The notes under the pieces: model-generated | Databases searched by the model: none | Told to the model about the DNA's origin: nothing | Seen by the model: the letters and a program-made list of their open reading frames with translations, nothing else | DNA from: Marsupella aquatica | Taxonomy: Eukaryota > Plantae > Marchantiophyta | NCBI GenBank assembly: GCA_973895155.1 | Contig: OZ316891.1 | Location: 22,959,884-23,023,883 of the forward strand | DNA: 64,000 nt | Reading direction: 5' to 3' | In this document: positions 62,110 through 64,000 of the stretch, one piece after another | How the letters are laid out: each line of letters starts with the position of its first letter | Position numbering within the stretch: position 1 is the stretch's first letter | Made by a program: the position numbers and the translations under genes

Positions 62110-63087
62110 TGTCAAAGACCCTCGTCGAGTAGGATTCTAGGTAAAAGTAAATGACACTCAGCGACCGAGGAAGTCCCTAATCCACCACAGAGAGGCTCGC
62201 CAGATAGCACGACCGCATGTCAGAGACCCTCGCCAAGTAGGATTCTAGATAAAAGTCTATGAGAATCCATCTCAGAATCTCGGAGACCCCCGCCGAGAAT
62301 GACTTGGGATGAAAAGTAAATGACACTCAACGACCAAGGAAGTCCCTAATCCACCACAAAGAGGCTTGCCAGATAGCGCGACCGCATGTCAGACACCCTC
62401 GCTGAGTAGGATTCTAGGTAAAAGTCTATGAGAATCCATCTTAGAATCTCGGAGACCCCCGCCGAGAATGACTTGCGATGAAAAGTAAATGACACTCAGC
62501 GACCAAGGAAGTCCCTAATCCACCACAGAGAGGCTCGCTAGATAGCGCGACCGCATGTCAGACACCCTCGCCGAGTAGGATTCTAGATAAAAGTCTATGA
62601 GAATCCATCTCAGAATCTTGGAGACCCCCGCCGAGAATGACTTGGGATGAAAAGTAAATGACACTCAGCGACCAAGGAAGTCCCTAATCCACCACAGAGA
62701 GGCTTGCCAGATAGCGCGACCGCATGTCAGAGACCCTCGCCGAGTAGGATTCTAGATAAAAGTCTATGAGAATCCATCTCAGAATCTCGGAGACCCCCGC
62801 CGAGAATGACTTGGGATGAAAAGTAAATGACACTCAACGACCAAGGAAGTCCCTAATCCACCACAAAGAGGCTTGCCAGATAGCGCGACCGCATGTCAGA
62901 CACCCTCGCCGAGTAGGATTCTAGGTAAAAGTCTATGAGAATCCATCTTAGAATCTCAGAGATCCCCGTCGAGAATGACTTGGGATGAAAAGTAAATGAC
63001 ACTCAGCGACCAAGGAAGTCCCTAATCCACCACAAAGAGGCTCGCCAGATAGCGCGACCGCATGTCAGAGACCCTCGCCGAGTAGGA
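62110..63087. repeat. Tandem array, 169-bp unit x ~5.8, two to three dyad-like motifs per unit
   Basis: AAGTCCCTAATCC at 62171, 62340, 62509, 62678, 62847 and 63016. Motifs CTCGG-AGACCCCCG-CCGAG and GTCAG-AGACCCTCG-CCGAG. Confidence 0.95.
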
Positions 63088-63553
63088 AGTCGGAAGGCTA
63101 TTTATTCATCCTTCAAGTCAGGCATATTTGCAGAGGGGATTATAAGCCACACGACGGAAGAAGAAGAAATGTTTTAGGCAAGGCCGGACGGAATCTTGGA
63201 GAATATACTACATCCCCAGAGTTTGCATGTACCTCTTGGCGGCTGCTGGCAAATATGTACCTTGTACATGTGCAGAATCTGTACCTTCTTGGCGGCCGCT
63301 AGGAAATAGGTACCTTCTTTGTGGTACAATTGTTATATGTACGCTCCGGATTCTACGATCGTTATATGGTACGCACGTTGTCCGGAACGGTATTCTTGGC
63401 GTAAAGTACGGGTACTTTAACGTCTGATGTACCGCCCAAGTTCTAAGCCTGAAAGTGCGGTATTATTGGCATAAAGTGGTACCAAGACTTTAACGTCTGA
63501 TGTATAAAGCCGAAGGCCTGGGGACTAACATTCCCAGTGTGGATTTGGGACAC

Positions 63554-64000
63554 ATGGCTTCTCTTGTGATAATCCAATCAGTAACCGGGGATGTTGTTGT
63601 TTTTTGTCAGATTGAGGGAGACAGTGTTCGAGTCACTAAGGAGCATGAAGTAGCAAGCCGATTTGGTTTGAAGGTAGGGGATTTCATGATTTACGAGGAG
63701 AGAGAAGATGGGCTGTCCACTTTTGCTGAATCCAAAGGCGATGGAGATGAGCGAGAGTGGTATCTGAAATGTGGCATGTCCTATACTATCTGCAAAAAGA
63801 AAGCAAGTTCATGCAATGTTAGTGAGGGTCTTGGAGATTTTGCGCACTCCCCACAGGTTGATGAACCGGGTGAATTATGGAACAATACACCGTGTCAAAA
63901 ATTGTCCCAATTTTGGGAGGACATTCACCGAGTTGGTAGACCCCACTCAAATTTGTCGCGAGTGTGGCAGGATGTTGGAAAGGCAGATGAGCCAGTGAAG
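63554..64000 (+). CDS. Start of an unidentified ORF divergent from the ParB-MTase gene; open to the window end
   Basis: ATG at 63554, MASLVIIQSVTGDVVVFCQIEGDSVRVTKEHEVASRFGL..., 149 codons without a stop. Absent from the ORF track, presumably because its stop lies outside the window. Confidence 0.5.
   Translation, partial: MASLVIIQSVTGDVVVFCQIEGDSVRVTKEHEVASRFGLKVGDFMIYEEREDGLSTFAESKGDGDEREWYLKCGMSYTICKKKASSCNVSEGLGDFAHSPQVDEPGELWNNTPCQKLSQFWEDIHRVGRPHSNLSRVWQDVGKADEPVK

Noticed and set aside
62110-63087. Centromeric satellite (169 bp)
   Set aside because: Only about six copies, located between two ORFs and sharing the local dyad motif.

Overview
This is a heavily nested, transposon-only stretch of plant DNA. 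It is probably from a non-seed plant such as a liverwort, which I infer from the element types and short GT-AG introns. No ordinary host gene was recognised. Contents: (i) a Ty3/gypsy family (A) whose 4.7-kb LTR itself carries a ~1,100-codon ORF, present as five LTR pieces plus a diverged sister LTR, and twice found inserted in its own LTR; (ii) an Athila-like gypsy element with a tRNA-Asp PBS and extra ORFs, interrupted by a 5'-truncated L1-type LINE; (iii) CACTA/En-Spm transposase and terminal fragments; (iv) a reciprocal nest of two further LTR families (B and C); (v) a MULE-type MITE. The most notable feature is at 54.3-63.1 kb: a five-exon decayed gene encoding an N-terminal ParB/Srx-like domain (DGNHR) and a C-terminal degenerate N4/N6 DNA-methyltransferase fold. 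Its introns and upstream region hold roughly 50 copies of one spaced palindrome, (AT)CTCGG-N9-CCGAG(AT), amplified in three unrelated tandem arrays of 40, 401 and 169 bp. This is a candidate transposon-borne protein/cognate-site system. All domain calls are by-eye motif recognition, not database searches.
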